Shown one piece after another: positions 1 to 10,117 of a stretch of DNA of 64,000 nucleotides. Positions within the stretch are counted from its first letter, which is position 1. Every line of letters begins with the position of its first letter. Source of the stretch: Chloroflexota bacterium (GTDB lineage Bacteria > Chloroflexota > Limnocylindria > P2-11E); assembly GCA_005881885.1 (NCBI GenBank), contig VBDX01000134.1, forward strand, positions 4,534 through 68,533, written 5' to 3'. Position numbers and translations under genes: made by a program. The notes under the pieces are model-generated. The model saw nothing but the letters and a program-made list of their open reading frames with translations. It was not told the origin of the DNA and did not search any database.

Positions 1-2328
1 CGTCTCTTCAACGAGACCAAGGAGGCACTCGCACAGCAGACCGCAACGAGCGACATCCTGAAGGTCATCGCACGATCACCGACAGACGTTCAGCCGGTAC
101 TCGACGCGATCGCCGAAAACGCCGCCCGGGTTTGCGGCGCGAGCGACGCCCACGTGTATCGCGTCGACGGTGCAGTCCTGATGCAGTGGGCGCACTACGG
201 ACCGATTCCCGGGCTCGACGCCGGCGAGGCGCTGCCTCTCAGCCGCGAGTCCCTGATTGGCCGCTGCATCGTCGACCGAAGGACGATTCACATTCGCGAT
301 GCCGCTGCGGAGCTCGATCCCGCCGACTATCCGATCAGCGTCGATCTCCAGCGCCGCTGGGGCTACCGGACATCCCTCTCGGTGCCTCTGCTTCGTCACG
401 GCGTCGCGATCGGTGGTATCGCCATCCGCCGGATGGAGGTCGAGCCGTTCTCCCTGAAGCAGATCGAGCTTCTCGAGACCTTCGCCGCTCAGGCGGTCAT
501 CGCCATCGAGAACGTGCGTCTCTTCAACGAGACCAAGGAAGCACTCGAGCAGCAGACCGCGATCGCGGACGTGCTCAAGACGATCAGCCGCTCCGCGTTC
601 GATCTCCGGCCCGTCCTCGACGTCGTGCTTGAGAATGCGGTCCGCCTCGCCGGTGCCGATATTGGTTGGCTCTCGCGTGTCGAGAGCGAGCGGTTCCAGA
701 CGATCGCGTATAGCAGCAGCTTCCCGGCAGATGTCCGCGAGGCGCTCGCGAGAGACCGCGCAGCAGGCCATTTCGGCGGCGACTGGCGACCGTTCGGGTC
801 CGAGAGTGGCGTGATGGGCACGGTCCTCGAGCGCCGAACGACCGTTCAGATCGCAGACGCGAAAGCCGACCCGATCCTCGGGAAGTCGCTCGTCGTCCGC
901 TTGACCGAATCGCGTGCCGTTCTCGGAGTGCCAATGCTGCGGGAAGGCGTCGTCATCGGAGGCGTTGTGCTGGCCCGATACGACGTCCGGCCGTTCAACG
1001 AGCGCGATGTTGAGCTCGTCCAGACGTTTGCGGACCAAGCAGCCATTGCGATCGAGAATGTTCGACTCTTCGACGAAACGCGCGCTGCCCTCGAACGCGA
1101 GACGGCGGTAGGCAACGTCCTCAAGACGCTCAGCCGGACCGTCTTCGATCTCGAGCCTGCGCTGGAGGCCGTGGTCGAGAACGCCGCGCGCCTGGCGGAC
1201 GCGGATGTCGCCTGGATGACGAAGCAAGTCGACGGCTTGAACTACGACTGGGGTGCTCGCTATGCGAAATCGGGCGATCCCGATGTGATCTTTGGACAGC
1301 GGGCGTTCGGGCGCAACACGCTCTATGTCGAAGGGTCGGTCATGAACCGGGTCCTTGCGGAACGGCGCACGCTCCACGTGCCGGACATGCAAGCGGAGCC
1401 CGACCTACTGTCGAAATCGAGAGTCGTCCGAGAGACCAGCTCGCGCTCCGTGCTCGGCGTCCCCGTGCTCAGCGAAAGCGAGGTCCTTGGAGCGATCGTC
1501 CTCGGGCGACTCGCGGTCCGACCCTTCTCGGATCGCGAGATCCAGCTCGTGGAGACGTTCGCCGATCAGGCGGCGATCGCGATCCAGAACGTGCGTCTGT
1601 TCAACGAGATTCAGGACAAGAGCCGCCAGCTCGAGGTCGCGAGCCGGCACAAGAGCGAGTTCCTTGCGAACATGAGCCATGAACTCCGGACCCCCCTCAA
1701 TGCCATCATCGGGTTCTCCGAGGTCCTCCTCGAGCGGATGTTCGGCGAGGTCAACACCAAGCAAGAGGACTACTTGCGCGACATCCTCGGGTCGGGCCGC
1801 CATCTGCTCACGCTCATCAACGACATCTTGGATCTTTCGAAGATCGAAGCGGGACGAATGGAGCTCGAGCGAAGCATCTTCTCACTGCGGACGGCACTGG
1901 AGAACGGCGTCACGATGGTGCGCGAGCGCGCCGGCCGTCACGACATCGCTATCGCCATCGATCTCGGGGAGGGCCTCGAGGAGGTCGCTGGCGACGAGCG
2001 CAAAATCAAGCAGGTCATCTACAACCTGCTTTCGAACGCCGTGAAGTTCACACCGGACGGCGGAAGCGTGAACGTGACCGCGGCGCGCGAGAACGGCGCG
2101 GCCACCGTGACCGTTCGCGACACCGGCATCGGGATAGCCCCGGAGGATCAGGAGCGGATCTTCGAGGAATTCAGCCAGGTCGGCCGCGATCCGGAACGAT
2201 CGCGCGAGGGGACCGGCCTTGGGCTCACCCTCTCGAAGCGCTTCGTGGAGTTGCACGGCGGAACGATCAAGGTCGAGAGCGCGCCCGGCCAGGGCAGCGC
2301 GTTCACGTTTACGCTGCCGCAACCATGA
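1..2328 (+). CDS. Multi-GAF sensor histidine kinase, 5'-partial. The reading frame is open from position 1, upstream of the listed ATG at 154
   Basis: Repeated GAF modules joined by a recurring linker helix ([30 protein letters not shown]). HisKA H-box [18 protein letters not shown]. HATPase_c motifs [22 protein letters not shown]. The frame continues to the window start. Confidence 0.85.
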   Translation, partial: RLFNETKEALAQQTATSDILKVIARSPTDVQPVLDAIAENAARVCGASDAHVYRVDGAVLMQWAHYGPIPGLDAGEALPLSRESLIGRCIVDRRTIHIRDAAAELDPADYPISVDLQRRWGYRTSLSVPLLRHGVAIGGIAIRRMEVEPFSLKQIELLETFAAQAVIAIENVRLFNETKEALEQQTAIADVLKTISRSAFDLRPVLDVVLENAVRLAGADIGWLSRVESERFQTIAYSSSFPADVREALARDRAAGHFGGDWRPFGSESGVMGTVLERRTTVQIADAKADPILGKSLVVRLTESRAVLGVPMLREGVVIGGVVLARYDVRPFNERDVELVQTFADQAAIAIENVRLFDETRAALERETAVGNVLKTLSRTVFDLEPALEAVVENAARLADADVAWMTKQVDGLNYDWGARYAKSGDPDVIFGQRAFGRNTLYVEGSVMNRVLAERRTLHVPDMQAEPDLLSKSRVVRETSSRSVLGVPVLSESEVLGAIVLGRLAVRPFSDREIQLVETFADQAAIAIQNVRLFNEIQDKSRQLEVASRHKSEFLANMSHELRTPLNAIIGFSEVLLERMFGEVNTKQEDYLRDILGSGRHLLTLINDILDLSKIEAGRMELERSIFSLRTALENGVTMVRERAGRHDIAIAIDLGEGLEEVAGDERKIKQVIYNLLSNAVKFTPDGGSVNVTAARENGAATVTVRDTGIGIAPEDQERIFEEFSQVGRDPERSREGTGLGLTLSKRFVELHGGTIKVESAPGQGSAFTFTLPQP

Positions 2329-2699
2329 CCCGGATCCTCCTCGTCGAAGACAACGAAAAGAACATGAAGCTCGCGCGGGACCTGCTCGCGTACAACGGGC
2401 ACACCGTCTTCGAAGCCACGACCGGCGAAGCGGCTGTGGCGACGGCAACGAAGGAGCTGCCCGACCTCGTCCTGATGGACATTCAGCTCCCGGGCATCGA
2501 CGGCATCGAGGCGCTGCGCCGGATCCGCGCAGACGGCAAGGCCTCGCGCATCCCCGTGGTCGCGTTGACCGCCTCCGTGATGGCCGACGATCGCGAGCGC
2601 TTCGACAAAGCCGGCTTCGACGGATTCCTCGCGAAGCCCATCGACGTCAAGACGTTCAACGACCAAGTCATGCAGCTCATCGCGAAGGGACGCGTATGA
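2325..2699 (+). CDS. Single-domain CheY-like response regulator receiver
   Basis: 124 aa. [10 protein letters not shown]...[13 protein letters not shown]...ALTAS...KPI receiver motifs. ATGA overlap with the kinase stop. Confidence 0.85.
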   Translation: MTRILLVEDNEKNMKLARDLLAYNGHTVFEATTGEAAVATATKELPDLVLMDIQLPGIDGIEALRRIRADGKASRIPVVALTASVMADDRERFDKAGFDGFLAKPIDVKTFNDQVMQLIAKGRV

Positions 2700-4279
2700 G
2701 CGACCGGCCTGCCCGCATCCTCGCGGTCGATGACAAGCCGGAGAACATTCGCCTGCTGGAGGCGGTCCTCGCGCCATCCGGTTACGAGGTGATCGCGGCA
2801 TCGAGCGGCGACGAGGCCATCGTCAAGGTCCGCGAGCAAACCCCCGACTTGATCCTCACCGACATCGTGATGCCGGGCATGACTGGCTACGAGCTCTGCC
2901 GCCGGCTGCGAGCCGACCCGGCGACGGCCTTCCTGCCGATCGTGACTCTGACCGCCAGCGGTGGCGAAGAAAAGCGCGAAGCTCTTGACGCCGGTGCGGA
3001 CGACTTCGTCGCCAAGCCTTTCGACAAGACGGAGCTCCTTGCTCGCGTGCGCTCGCTGCTGCGCATCAAGCGGTACTACGACGATCTGAACGACGCGCTC
3101 GACCGCCAGACCGCGATCGGGGACGTTCTGCGCACGATCGGCTCGTCGGCATTCGACATCGAGCCCGTCCTTCATTCGGTCGCGCAGCACGCCGCCAGGC
3201 TCTGCGGCGCCGAGAACGTGGTCATCTGGCGCACGACGGGCACCGGCTACCGCCTCTGGGTGGCCCAGGAAGTACGTGACGACTTCATGCGCATCGTCGC
3301 CGACCGTGAGATCCCGATCGGGCCGGACACGATCGTCGGCCGGGCGCACCTCGAGAAGCGGCCGGTCCAGGTGCCCGACATCAGCGAGTACTACCGCGGG
3401 GCGAGCGGACCCGCCGCCGAGATCGCACGGATCGGCGCCTACCGAACGCTCCTCGCCGTGCCGCTCATTCGTGACGATCAGGTCCTCGGCGTCCTGTCGC
3501 TCACACACACCCAGGTCCAGCCGTTCACTGAAGATCAGGTCGCTCTCGTCCGCACGTTCGCCGACCAGGCCGCGATCGCGATCGCGAACGCTGACCTCTT
3601 CGATACGGTCGAGCGTCAACGACAGCAGCTTTCCCGGTTCCTCTCACCGCAGATCGCCGCCCTCATCACCAGCGACGAAGGAGCGAAGATGCTGGAAGGC
3701 CATCGGCGCCAGATCACCGTCGTCTTCCTGGATCTGCGCGGCTTCACGGCCTTTGCGGAGACGGCCGAGCCCGAGGAGGTCCTCGGAGTTCTCCGCGAGT
3801 ACCAGAAGGCGATGGGCGAGCTCATCGTCGCGCACCAGGGCACCCTCGAGCACTTCGCCGGCGACGGGATGATGGTGTGGTTCAACGATCCGCTGCCGGT
3901 CCCGCAGCACGAGCTGCAGGCGGTCCGGATGGCCTGCTCCATGCGCGAGCGGTTCGACGAGCTGGCCAATGCCTGGAACAAGAAGGGTTACGTGCTCGGG
4001 TTCGGCGTCGGCGTCGCGACTGGCTATGCCACGCTCGGACGCATCGGCTTCGAGGGGCGGTACGACTACGGCGCGATCGGCAACGTGGTCATCCTCGCCC
4101 AGAGGTTGTCGGCGGAGGCCAAGGCCGGACAGATCCTCCTGAGCCAGCGCGTCCAGGCCGCCGTCGACCAGGAAGCCGAGACGACCTCCGTAGGCGAGCT
4201 CACCCTCAAGGGTTTCACTCGGCCCGTCCCGGCATTCGACGCGCGGTCCGTGAAGACGCCGGCACCCGTTCGCTCCTGA
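2696..4279 (+). CDS. Response-regulator receiver - GAF - class III adenylate/guanylate cyclase fusion
   Basis: N-terminal receiver (ILAVDDKPENIRLL, LILTDIVMPGMTG, KPF). GAF domain with the same linker motif as the kinase. C-terminal CYCc (ITVVFLDLRGFTAF...HFAGDGMMVWFNDP). ATG at 2696 overlaps the CheY stop (ATGA). The listed ORF start at 2219 is an upstream in-frame artefact. Confidence 0.85.
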   Translation: MSDRPARILAVDDKPENIRLLEAVLAPSGYEVIAASSGDEAIVKVREQTPDLILTDIVMPGMTGYELCRRLRADPATAFLPIVTLTASGGEEKREALDAGADDFVAKPFDKTELLARVRSLLRIKRYYDDLNDALDRQTAIGDVLRTIGSSAFDIEPVLHSVAQHAARLCGAENVVIWRTTGTGYRLWVAQEVRDDFMRIVADREIPIGPDTIVGRAHLEKRPVQVPDISEYYRGASGPAAEIARIGAYRTLLAVPLIRDDQVLGVLSLTHTQVQPFTEDQVALVRTFADQAAIAIANADLFDTVERQRQQLSRFLSPQIAALITSDEGAKMLEGHRRQITVVFLDLRGFTAFAETAEPEEVLGVLREYQKAMGELIVAHQGTLEHFAGDGMMVWFNDPLPVPQHELQAVRMACSMRERFDELANAWNKKGYVLGFGVGVATGYATLGRIGFEGRYDYGAIGNVVILAQRLSAEAKAGQILLSQRVQAAVDQEAETTSVGELTLKGFTRPVPAFDARSVKTPAPVRS

Positions 4280-4317
4280 CCCGACTCAAGAGAGAGCGGG
4301 CCTGCACATGCTAATGT

Positions 4318-4569
4318 ATGTGTATGTTTGGCAGACGGCTTCAAATACTTCTTGATGACCATCGCTATCGGCGCCTCGCTACGCGCGCGCGTCAGACGAA
4401 CAAGTCTGTAGGGGCACTCGTCCGTGAGGCGATCGACCTCGCCTATCCGGCCGGATCGGCGCGTCGCTCCACGGCCTTTCGGACGATCTTTCAGGCGCCG
4501 CGGATCGAACTGCCCTCGCCCCGAGAGCTCCGTCGGGAGCTCGAGGAGCTCCGTTCGGGTCGCGCGTGA
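4318..4569 (+). CDS. vapB: Ribbon-helix-helix antitoxin (VapB/CopG-like)
   Basis: Small protein RLQILLDDHRYRRLATRARQTNKSVGALVREAIDLAY, typical RHH antitoxin. ATGA-type overlap with the downstream PIN gene. Lower GC than its surroundings. Confidence 0.6.
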   Translation: MCMFGRRLQILLDDHRYRRLATRARQTNKSVGALVREAIDLAYPAGSARRSTAFRTIFQAPRIELPSPRELRRELEELRSGRA

Positions 4570-4991
4570 TCGTCCTCGACACGACGGTCCTTGCGTACGC
4601 GGTCGGTGCCGATACGAAGCTCGCCGAGCCCAACCTCCGAATCCTCGAAGCGGTGCGCGACGGAAGACTGGAAGCGACGACGACGGCCGAAGTCATTCAG
4701 GAGTTCGCCCACGTGTACGCGCGGCGCAGGGACCGAGCGCAGGCCGCTCAGTTGGCTCGCGCATACGCTGAGCTTCTGATGCCGCTTGCGGTGGTCGACC
4801 GGGCCGAGCTCGAGGCTGGGCTGGCTCTGTTTGAGCAGGTGCGCGCGCTCGGTGCATTCGACGGTGTGCTCGCGGCCGTAGCGCTCGGCCGCGGAGCAGA
4901 GGCCCTCGTCTCTGCTGATCGCGCGTTCGGCGCCGTGCCGAAGCTGCGACATGTCGATCCGTTCTCGTCGATCGAAGAGCTCTTCGCCTAA
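4566..4991 (+). CDS. vapC: PIN-domain toxin VapC
   Basis: 141 aa. MIVLDTTVLAYAVG... with conserved acidic residues in a PIN fold pattern. Coupled to the upstream RHH gene. Confidence 0.7.
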   Translation: MIVLDTTVLAYAVGADTKLAEPNLRILEAVRDGRLEATTTAEVIQEFAHVYARRRDRAQAAQLARAYAELLMPLAVVDRAELEAGLALFEQVRALGAFDGVLAAVALGRGAEALVSADRAFGAVPKLRHVDPFSSIEELFA

Positions 4992-6307
4992 GCGAGACCC
5001 GCGCGCTTCAGCAGCGGCTGCAGCTGCTCGGCGGCCTTCGCGCGCACCTCGTTCGGATCCATCTTCGTCGGCGTGCCGTCGCGAACTAGGAACTCGCCAT
5101 CCACGAGCACGTGCCGCACCGCACGCGAGCCGCCACCGAACAGGATGCGCGCGGCGGGATCGCCTCCGGGGCCATCGAGACGATCGACATCGAGGACCAC
5201 GAGATCGGCGCGCTTGCCTTGCTCGAGCGTGCCGACTTCCTGATCGATCTTCAGCATCTTCGCACCCTCACGCGTCGCGAGCGCCATCGAATCCGCCGCC
5301 GTGAGCGTGCCCAGCCCGCTGACCACGCGCGCGAGCAAGGTCGCGAGCCGCATTTCCTCGAAGCCATCGAGCTGGTTGTTGCACGCGGCGCCGTCGGCGC
5401 CGATCCCGACCGTGATGCGAGCGGCCCGGAGCTTCGCCACCTGGGCGATTCCGGAGCCGAGCTTGAGGTTCGATGAGGGACAGTGGGCGACCGACGTCTT
5501 CGTCGTGCGGAGGATCTCGATCTCCTGATCGTCGAGGTGCACGCCGTGCGCGATGATCGCGCGCTCGCAAGCGATCCCGGTGTCGAGCAGGTATTGCATC
5601 GGCGTCCGACCGGTTGCCATGACCACCGCGTTGCGCTCGTCGACGCTCTCGTTCGAATGGGTGTGGACCAGAAGGTCGCTCAGCTTCGCGAGCTGGGTGA
5701 CCGCCTCGAGGAGCTCGCGCGTGCACGACAACGCGAAGCGCGGCATGTACACGTACCCGATCCTGCCGCTCGACGCTTTGTGCCAACGCTTGGTGAGGGC
5801 GCCCGCGGCATCGAGCGATGCACGGGTCGTCTCGACCAAGGCCGGGGGCACACCCTCGCCCGAATCCATCATCGCCTGCCCGAAGCGGGCGCGGATGCCA
5901 CTCCGCACCAGCTCCTCCGCCACGATGTCGCCGAACTTCGTCGTTCCCATGTCGAGGATCGTCGTTGTCCCGGTCATCAGGAGATCGAGCAAGCCGAGCC
6001 GAACGCTGGCGCGCACCGACGCCTCATCGTGCGCGGCCTCGAGCGGCCACACGCGGGCGCGGAGCCACTGGAGGAGCGCCATATCTTCGGCAAGGCCGCG
6101 GAAGAGCGTTTGGACGAGATGGATGTGCGTCTGGACGAGCCCCGGCATGACCACGCAGCCCGAGATGTCGACGACCTCCGTGTCAGGCGGCGGTATCACC
6201 TGGCCGAGACCGCCAATGCGCGTGCCACTGACCAGGAGGTCGCCCCACATCGGACGCGGGCTGTCCTTGAGTGGCAGCAACGTCCCGCCGCGTAGGAGGA
6301 GGCTCAT
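4988..6307 (-). CDS. Amidohydrolase-superfamily deaminase/chlorohydrolase (guanine deaminase / MtaD / SsnA-like)
   Basis: Metal-binding HxH (QTHIHLVQT), HTHSNES, DHGVHL and GADGAACNN motifs. Start chosen at MSLLLRGG (ATG 6305-6307), which overlaps the stop of the upstream allC-like gene (ATGA). The listed ORF extends to 6625 through Arg/Gly-rich junk. Confidence 0.75.
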   Translation of the reverse strand: MSLLLRGGTLLPLKDSPRPMWGDLLVSGTRIGGLGQVIPPPDTEVVDISGCVVMPGLVQTHIHLVQTLFRGLAEDMALLQWLRARVWPLEAAHDEASVRASVRLGLLDLLMTGTTTILDMGTTKFGDIVAEELVRSGIRARFGQAMMDSGEGVPPALVETTRASLDAAGALTKRWHKASSGRIGYVYMPRFALSCTRELLEAVTQLAKLSDLLVHTHSNESVDERNAVVMATGRTPMQYLLDTGIACERAIIAHGVHLDDQEIEILRTTKTSVAHCPSSNLKLGSGIAQVAKLRAARITVGIGADGAACNNQLDGFEEMRLATLLARVVSGLGTLTAADSMALATREGAKMLKIDQEVGTLEQGKRADLVVLDVDRLDGPGGDPAARILFGGGSRAVRHVLVDGEFLVRDGTPTKMDPNEVRAKAAEQLQPLLKRAGLA

Positions 6308-7560
6308 GTCTGATACGCGAGCTCGCGCAACGCGGTCGCGAGCGTGCGCGTCCCCAGCACGACGTCCTCGGCCGCGGTCGCCTCGTCGGGGCAGTGGGAT
6401 CGCCCGCCGATGCTCGGAACGAAGAGCATCCCGGCGTTCGCCGCGGCCGTGAGCACCTGCGCGTCGTGCCCCGCGCCGCTCGTCATGTCGCGCGGCTCCA
6501 TGCCGGCCGCGAGGCAGGCCCGGCGGAGAACGTCCGCGATACGCGGCGAGAGCGTCACCGGGGAACGGTCCCGAAGCGTGCGGATCTCCACATCCAATCC
6601 ACGCTCCCGCGCGATCGCCTTGCACGCATCACCGATATGGGTGAGAAGCTCTGTCCGACGCGCGGGCTCCGGGTGTCGTGCATCAACTGTGAAACGAGCG
6701 ACGCCAGGAACCACGTTGACCTGCGCCGGCTCCACGGCGATGGTGCCCACCGTCGCCACCGCCGGGTGCCCCATGCGGACCGCGGTATCGGCGATGGCAA
6801 GCGTCATCGCTGAGGCGCCCAGCAAAGCATCACGGCGGCGAGTCATGGCCATCGCGCCGGCGTGATCGGGCTGTCCGCGCACCGTCACCTCGAGGTGCGC
6901 GGTGCCGGCGATGGTCGTGACGACGCCGAGCCGCGGCCCGTGATCCTCGAGAATCGGGCCTTGCTCTACGTGCAGCTCGACGAAGACGTCGATGTCGCGA
7001 CGCACGGCACCCGCCGCAGTGGCGGGGTCGAGGCCGACCGAACGCATCGCGTCGGCGAGCGTGATGCCGTCGGCGTCGCGGATGCGTTCGGCTTCGTCCG
7101 GCTCGAGGCGATCGGCGATGGCGCGCGCGCCCCAGAAGTTGGTGTTGAAACGGCTGCCCTCTTCCTCGCAGATGGCGACACACTCGAGGATCCGCGTCGA
7201 CCGGCCGAAGCGGTGCCAGAGACTCGTGACCGCTTCGATCCCCGCGACGATGCCGAGCGCGCCGTCGAGCGCGCCGCCGCCGCGGACCGTGTCGATGTGC
7301 GATCCGGTCACGATCGCGCGGCCTCCGCGCGAGCCCTCGATGCGCCCCCAAACGTTCCCGACCGCGTCGCGTCGCACGAAGAGACCCGCTTCTTTGAGCC
7401 AGCTGGCGACGAGTTCCATCGCCGAGCTCCACGCCGGCGTGTACAGGGCGCGATAGATCCCGCCCTGCGCGAGCGCTCCGCGCTGGGCGAGATCGTCCAG
7501 CCGGCGCAGGAGCCGGCGCTCGTCGATCGCGACCAGCTCTCCCGTCGTGGTCGCGCTCAT
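6304..7560 (-). CDS. allC: Allantoate amidohydrolase / N-carbamoyl-amino-acid hydrolase (M20 family)
   Basis: M20 dimerisation-type Zn hydrolase motifs (GSHIDTV, EEGSRF, GAGHDAQ). Lies in a ureide operon. ATGA overlaps on both sides. Confidence 0.8.
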   Translation of the reverse strand: MSATTTGELVAIDERRLLRRLDDLAQRGALAQGGIYRALYTPAWSSAMELVASWLKEAGLFVRRDAVGNVWGRIEGSRGGRAIVTGSHIDTVRGGGALDGALGIVAGIEAVTSLWHRFGRSTRILECVAICEEEGSRFNTNFWGARAIADRLEPDEAERIRDADGITLADAMRSVGLDPATAAGAVRRDIDVFVELHVEQGPILEDHGPRLGVVTTIAGTAHLEVTVRGQPDHAGAMAMTRRRDALLGASAMTLAIADTAVRMGHPAVATVGTIAVEPAQVNVVPGVARFTVDARHPEPARRTELLTHIGDACKAIARERGLDVEIRTLRDRSPVTLSPRIADVLRRACLAAGMEPRDMTSGAGHDAQVLTAAANAGMLFVPSIGGRSHCPDEATAAEDVVLGTRTLATALRELAYQT

Positions 7561-8948
7561 GCGGCGGTTCCTTCCTCCCTCGTGATGAATCGTCCATGCG
7601 GTGGGTTCGTGACGATCTCCCCGTCACGGTAGACGACGCGGCCGCGTACGAGCGTCGAAACGATCCGACCGCGGAACGAACGCCCGATGTACGGGTCCAC
7701 CCCGCGCGTATACGAGCGGTCGCGGTCGAGCGTCCATTCGCGATCCGGATCGAAGAGCACGACGTCGGCGTCCGACCCGGCCGCGATGGTTCCCTTCCGT
7801 GGCCAGAGCCCGAAGCGCCTCGCCGGCTTTGCCGCGAGACGCCAGGCGATGAAGCCCGCGACCTTGCGGACATCGAGCGCGTCGCCCGCCCGCCGCGCGG
7901 CTTCGGTGAAGGTCACCGGCAGCAAGGACTGCACGCCGGCGACACCGCCCCACGCCGCGAAGATGTCCCGTGTCCCGCGCGCCTTGAGATCCGGCGTACA
8001 CGGCGAGTGATCCGATGCGACCAGGTCGATCTTGCCGTCGACGAGCGCCTGCCAGAGCCCATCGCGGTTACGCATATCCCGAATGGGCGGTGCGCACTTG
8101 AGCGCAGGGCCCAGGTGCTCCATGTCGCTGTCGTCGAACTCGAGATAGTGCGGACAGGTTTCGACGGTCACGTCCGTCCCGGAGTCACGCGCCGCGCCGA
8201 TCGCGCCAAGAGCCTCGACCGCCGAGAGATGAACGATGTGGATGCGCGCGCCGGCCTCGCGAGCGGCCGCGCAGGCTCGCGCGACCGCACGCACCTCGAC
8301 GAGCGGCGGCCGCGACGCCGCCCACGCAGCCGCGTCACGCCGGCCGTCACCCCGAACGCGCCCGGTCGCCTCGCGCACGAGCGTCTCGTCTTCTGCATGC
8401 AAGGCGACGAGCAGACCGGCCTCCGCTGCGGCCCGGAGAGCCGGCACCAGCTCGTCGTCCGCCAGCGGCGGAAACTCAGGAACGCCGCTGTCGCAGAGGA
8501 AGGCCTTGCAGCCGATCGCGCCGCGACCCTTCAGCTCGTGGAGGCTCATCGGATCCGCGTCGACCAGCCCACCCCAGAGACCGAAGTCGACGATCGAGGC
8601 GCGCTCGGCCGCGGCACGCTTGGCGTCGAACGCGGTGCCGTCCAGAAGCGGCGGCACGGAGTTGAGGGGCATGTCCAGCACGGTCGTGATGCCGCCGGCC
8701 GCAGCGGCGCGGCTCCCGGTCGCCCAGCCTTCCCACTCCGTCCGGCCTGGCTCGTTGAAGTGCACGTGCGCGTCGACCATCCCCGGAAGCGCCAGCAACC
8801 CGCGGGCGTCGATCTCGTCCGCCGCCGTCGAGGCGCCCGGTTCCACGAGCGCGCTGATCCGACCGCCGCGGATCAGCACATCCCGCGCGTAGGCCCCCTC
8901 CGACACGACGACGGCACCGCGGATCGCAAGATCCGCACGAGGGCTCAC
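7557..8948 (-). CDS. allB: Allantoinase (cyclic amidohydrolase)
   Basis: DAHVHFNEPGRTEWEG..., carboxylated-Lys region, and the DHSP motif of the allantoinase/dihydropyrimidinase family. Operon context. Confidence 0.8.
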   Translation of the reverse strand: MSPRADLAIRGAVVVSEGAYARDVLIRGGRISALVEPGASTAADEIDARGLLALPGMVDAHVHFNEPGRTEWEGWATGSRAAAAGGITTVLDMPLNSVPPLLDGTAFDAKRAAAERASIVDFGLWGGLVDADPMSLHELKGRGAIGCKAFLCDSGVPEFPPLADDELVPALRAAAEAGLLVALHAEDETLVREATGRVRGDGRRDAAAWAASRPPLVEVRAVARACAAAREAGARIHIVHLSAVEALGAIGAARDSGTDVTVETCPHYLEFDDSDMEHLGPALKCAPPIRDMRNRDGLWQALVDGKIDLVASDHSPCTPDLKARGTRDIFAAWGGVAGVQSLLPVTFTEAARRAGDALDVRKVAGFIAWRLAAKPARRFGLWPRKGTIAAGSDADVVLFDPDREWTLDRDRSYTRGVDPYIGRSFRGRIVSTLVRGRVVYRDGEIVTNPPHGRFITREEGTAA

Positions 8949-9385
8949 TCCTCGTCGATGCCGAAGTCCTGCGCGCCCTCCCAGAGGGTGAGCCGTCCGA
9001 CCTCCGCGAGTCGCTCGTTGCCTTCAACGACGGTCGCGAAGTGATTCCCGGCGAGCTGACCCACCTTGCTCGCGAAGAGGGTCGAACCGTACGGAAAAAG
9101 GATCTCCATCTCCGAAATCCCGCCCGGATAGACGAGGATCTCGCCCGGTGCCGGATGACTCGTGTGATTCTCGTACTCGACACCGAGGCGCTTGGAGCCC
9201 ATCGGGACCCAGGTCGCCTCGCCGCTCCAGCGCACGTGTAGCAGCTTGCTTCGCAGGGGAAGGAGCTTGCGTATCGCGGCGGTCGTCTTCGGCGCCGCCT
9301 GCTCCTCGAGACGCGCCCGGAAGGTGAACGGGCCCGCGGTGATCCGGAGCATCCGCATCGCGGGCGTACGATACCGGCCGCTCAT
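8945..9385 (-). CDS. Cyclophilin-like-fold protein (DUF3830-like) common in ureide clusters. An alternative start at 9352 is possible
   Basis: MLRITAGPFTFRARLEEQAAPKTTAAIRKLLPL... A purine-rich GGAAAGGG sits 5 nt upstream of ATG 9383-9385. Stop overlaps the allantoinase start. Confidence 0.5.
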   Translation of the reverse strand: MSGRYRTPAMRMLRITAGPFTFRARLEEQAAPKTTAAIRKLLPLRSKLLHVRWSGEATWVPMGSKRLGVEYENHTSHPAPGEILVYPGGISEMEILFPYGSTLFASKVGQLAGNHFATVVEGNERLAEVGRLTLWEGAQDFGIDEE

Positions 9386-9677
9386 GGCGGCCCTTTCCAC
9401 CCACGTGCTGGACACGGCGACCGGCCGTCCGGCCGCAGGCGTCGCCGTCGCCCTCGAACGTGGGGGGAACGTGGTCGCACGCGGCACGACCGACGCGGAC
9501 GGCCGCATCAGCGAGCTCGCGTCGTCGCTCGCGCCCGGCCGCTACGAGCTCGTCTTCGAGCTGGCCGGCGGCTTCTTCCGCCGTGTGGCGCTCGAGATCG
9601 AGATCGGAAGCGAACCCACATACCACGTCCCGCTGCTCGTCACCCCGTTCGGCGTCACGAGCTACCGCGGCTCGTGA
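9384..9677 (+). CDS. hiuH: 5-hydroxyisourate hydrolase (transthyretin-like)
   Basis: LSTHVLDTATGRPAAGV N-terminus and the C-terminal YRGS signature. The listed ORF start at 9192 is upstream junk. Confidence 0.85.
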   Translation: MAALSTHVLDTATGRPAAGVAVALERGGNVVARGTTDADGRISELASSLAPGRYELVFELAGGFFRRVALEIEIGSEPTYHVPLLVTPFGVTSYRGS

Positions 9678-10117
9678 TGCGCATCGCGCGGGCGGATCTC
9701 GACGCCATTTTCGAGCGCGCGCCCGGCCTCGCCGAGCGCGTCCGTGGTGAGGACGCCGACGCGATCATCGCATCCGCGCGTGCCGCGCTCGCGCGGATGA
9801 GCGAGGCCGAGCGGATCGCGGTGCTGAACGCGCATCCCCGGATCGGAGCGGATGTGAGATCCCTCTCCGCGGCATCTCGCCGCGAGCAAGGACGCGCCGC
9901 CAGCGACGCGACGCATCAACACCTTCGTCGCTTGAACGACGAGTACGAGCGCAAATTCGGCTTCCGCTTCGTGGTCTTCGTGCATGGGCGTTCGAAGGTC
10001 GAGATCGTCCGGGTCTTCGAGGAGCGACTCAGGCGCGCGAAAGCGCACGAGCTTGCGACGGGTATCGAGGAGTTCCTCGCCATCGCCCACGACCGCTTGC
10101 TGGGAGTGCCACGGTGA
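9674..10117 (+). CDS. uraD: OHCU decarboxylase
   Basis: LNAHPRIG and YERKFGFRFVVFV motifs. GTGA/ATGA overlap with the hiuH stop. Confidence 0.85.
   Translation: MMRIARADLDAIFERAPGLAERVRGEDADAIIASARAALARMSEAERIAVLNAHPRIGADVRSLSAASRREQGRAASDATHQHLRRLNDEYERKFGFRFVVFVHGRSKVEIVRVFEERLRRAKAHELATGIEEFLAIAHDRLLGVPR

Noticed and set aside
76-1392. Many long antisense or alternate-frame ORFs listed in the six-frame track (for example 76-1392 -, 2483-3619 -, 9916-10920 -, 11742-12974 -, 14838-15665 -, 20981-22111 -, 22736-23650 -, 24324-25172 -, 25990-26766 -, 47519-48523 -, 54831-55739 -, 56611-57648 -)
   Set aside because: They are Arg/Ala/Gly/Pro-rich translations typical of non-coding frames in 70% GC DNA. 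They lie wholly inside well-supported genes on the other strand or frame and have no recognisable motifs.
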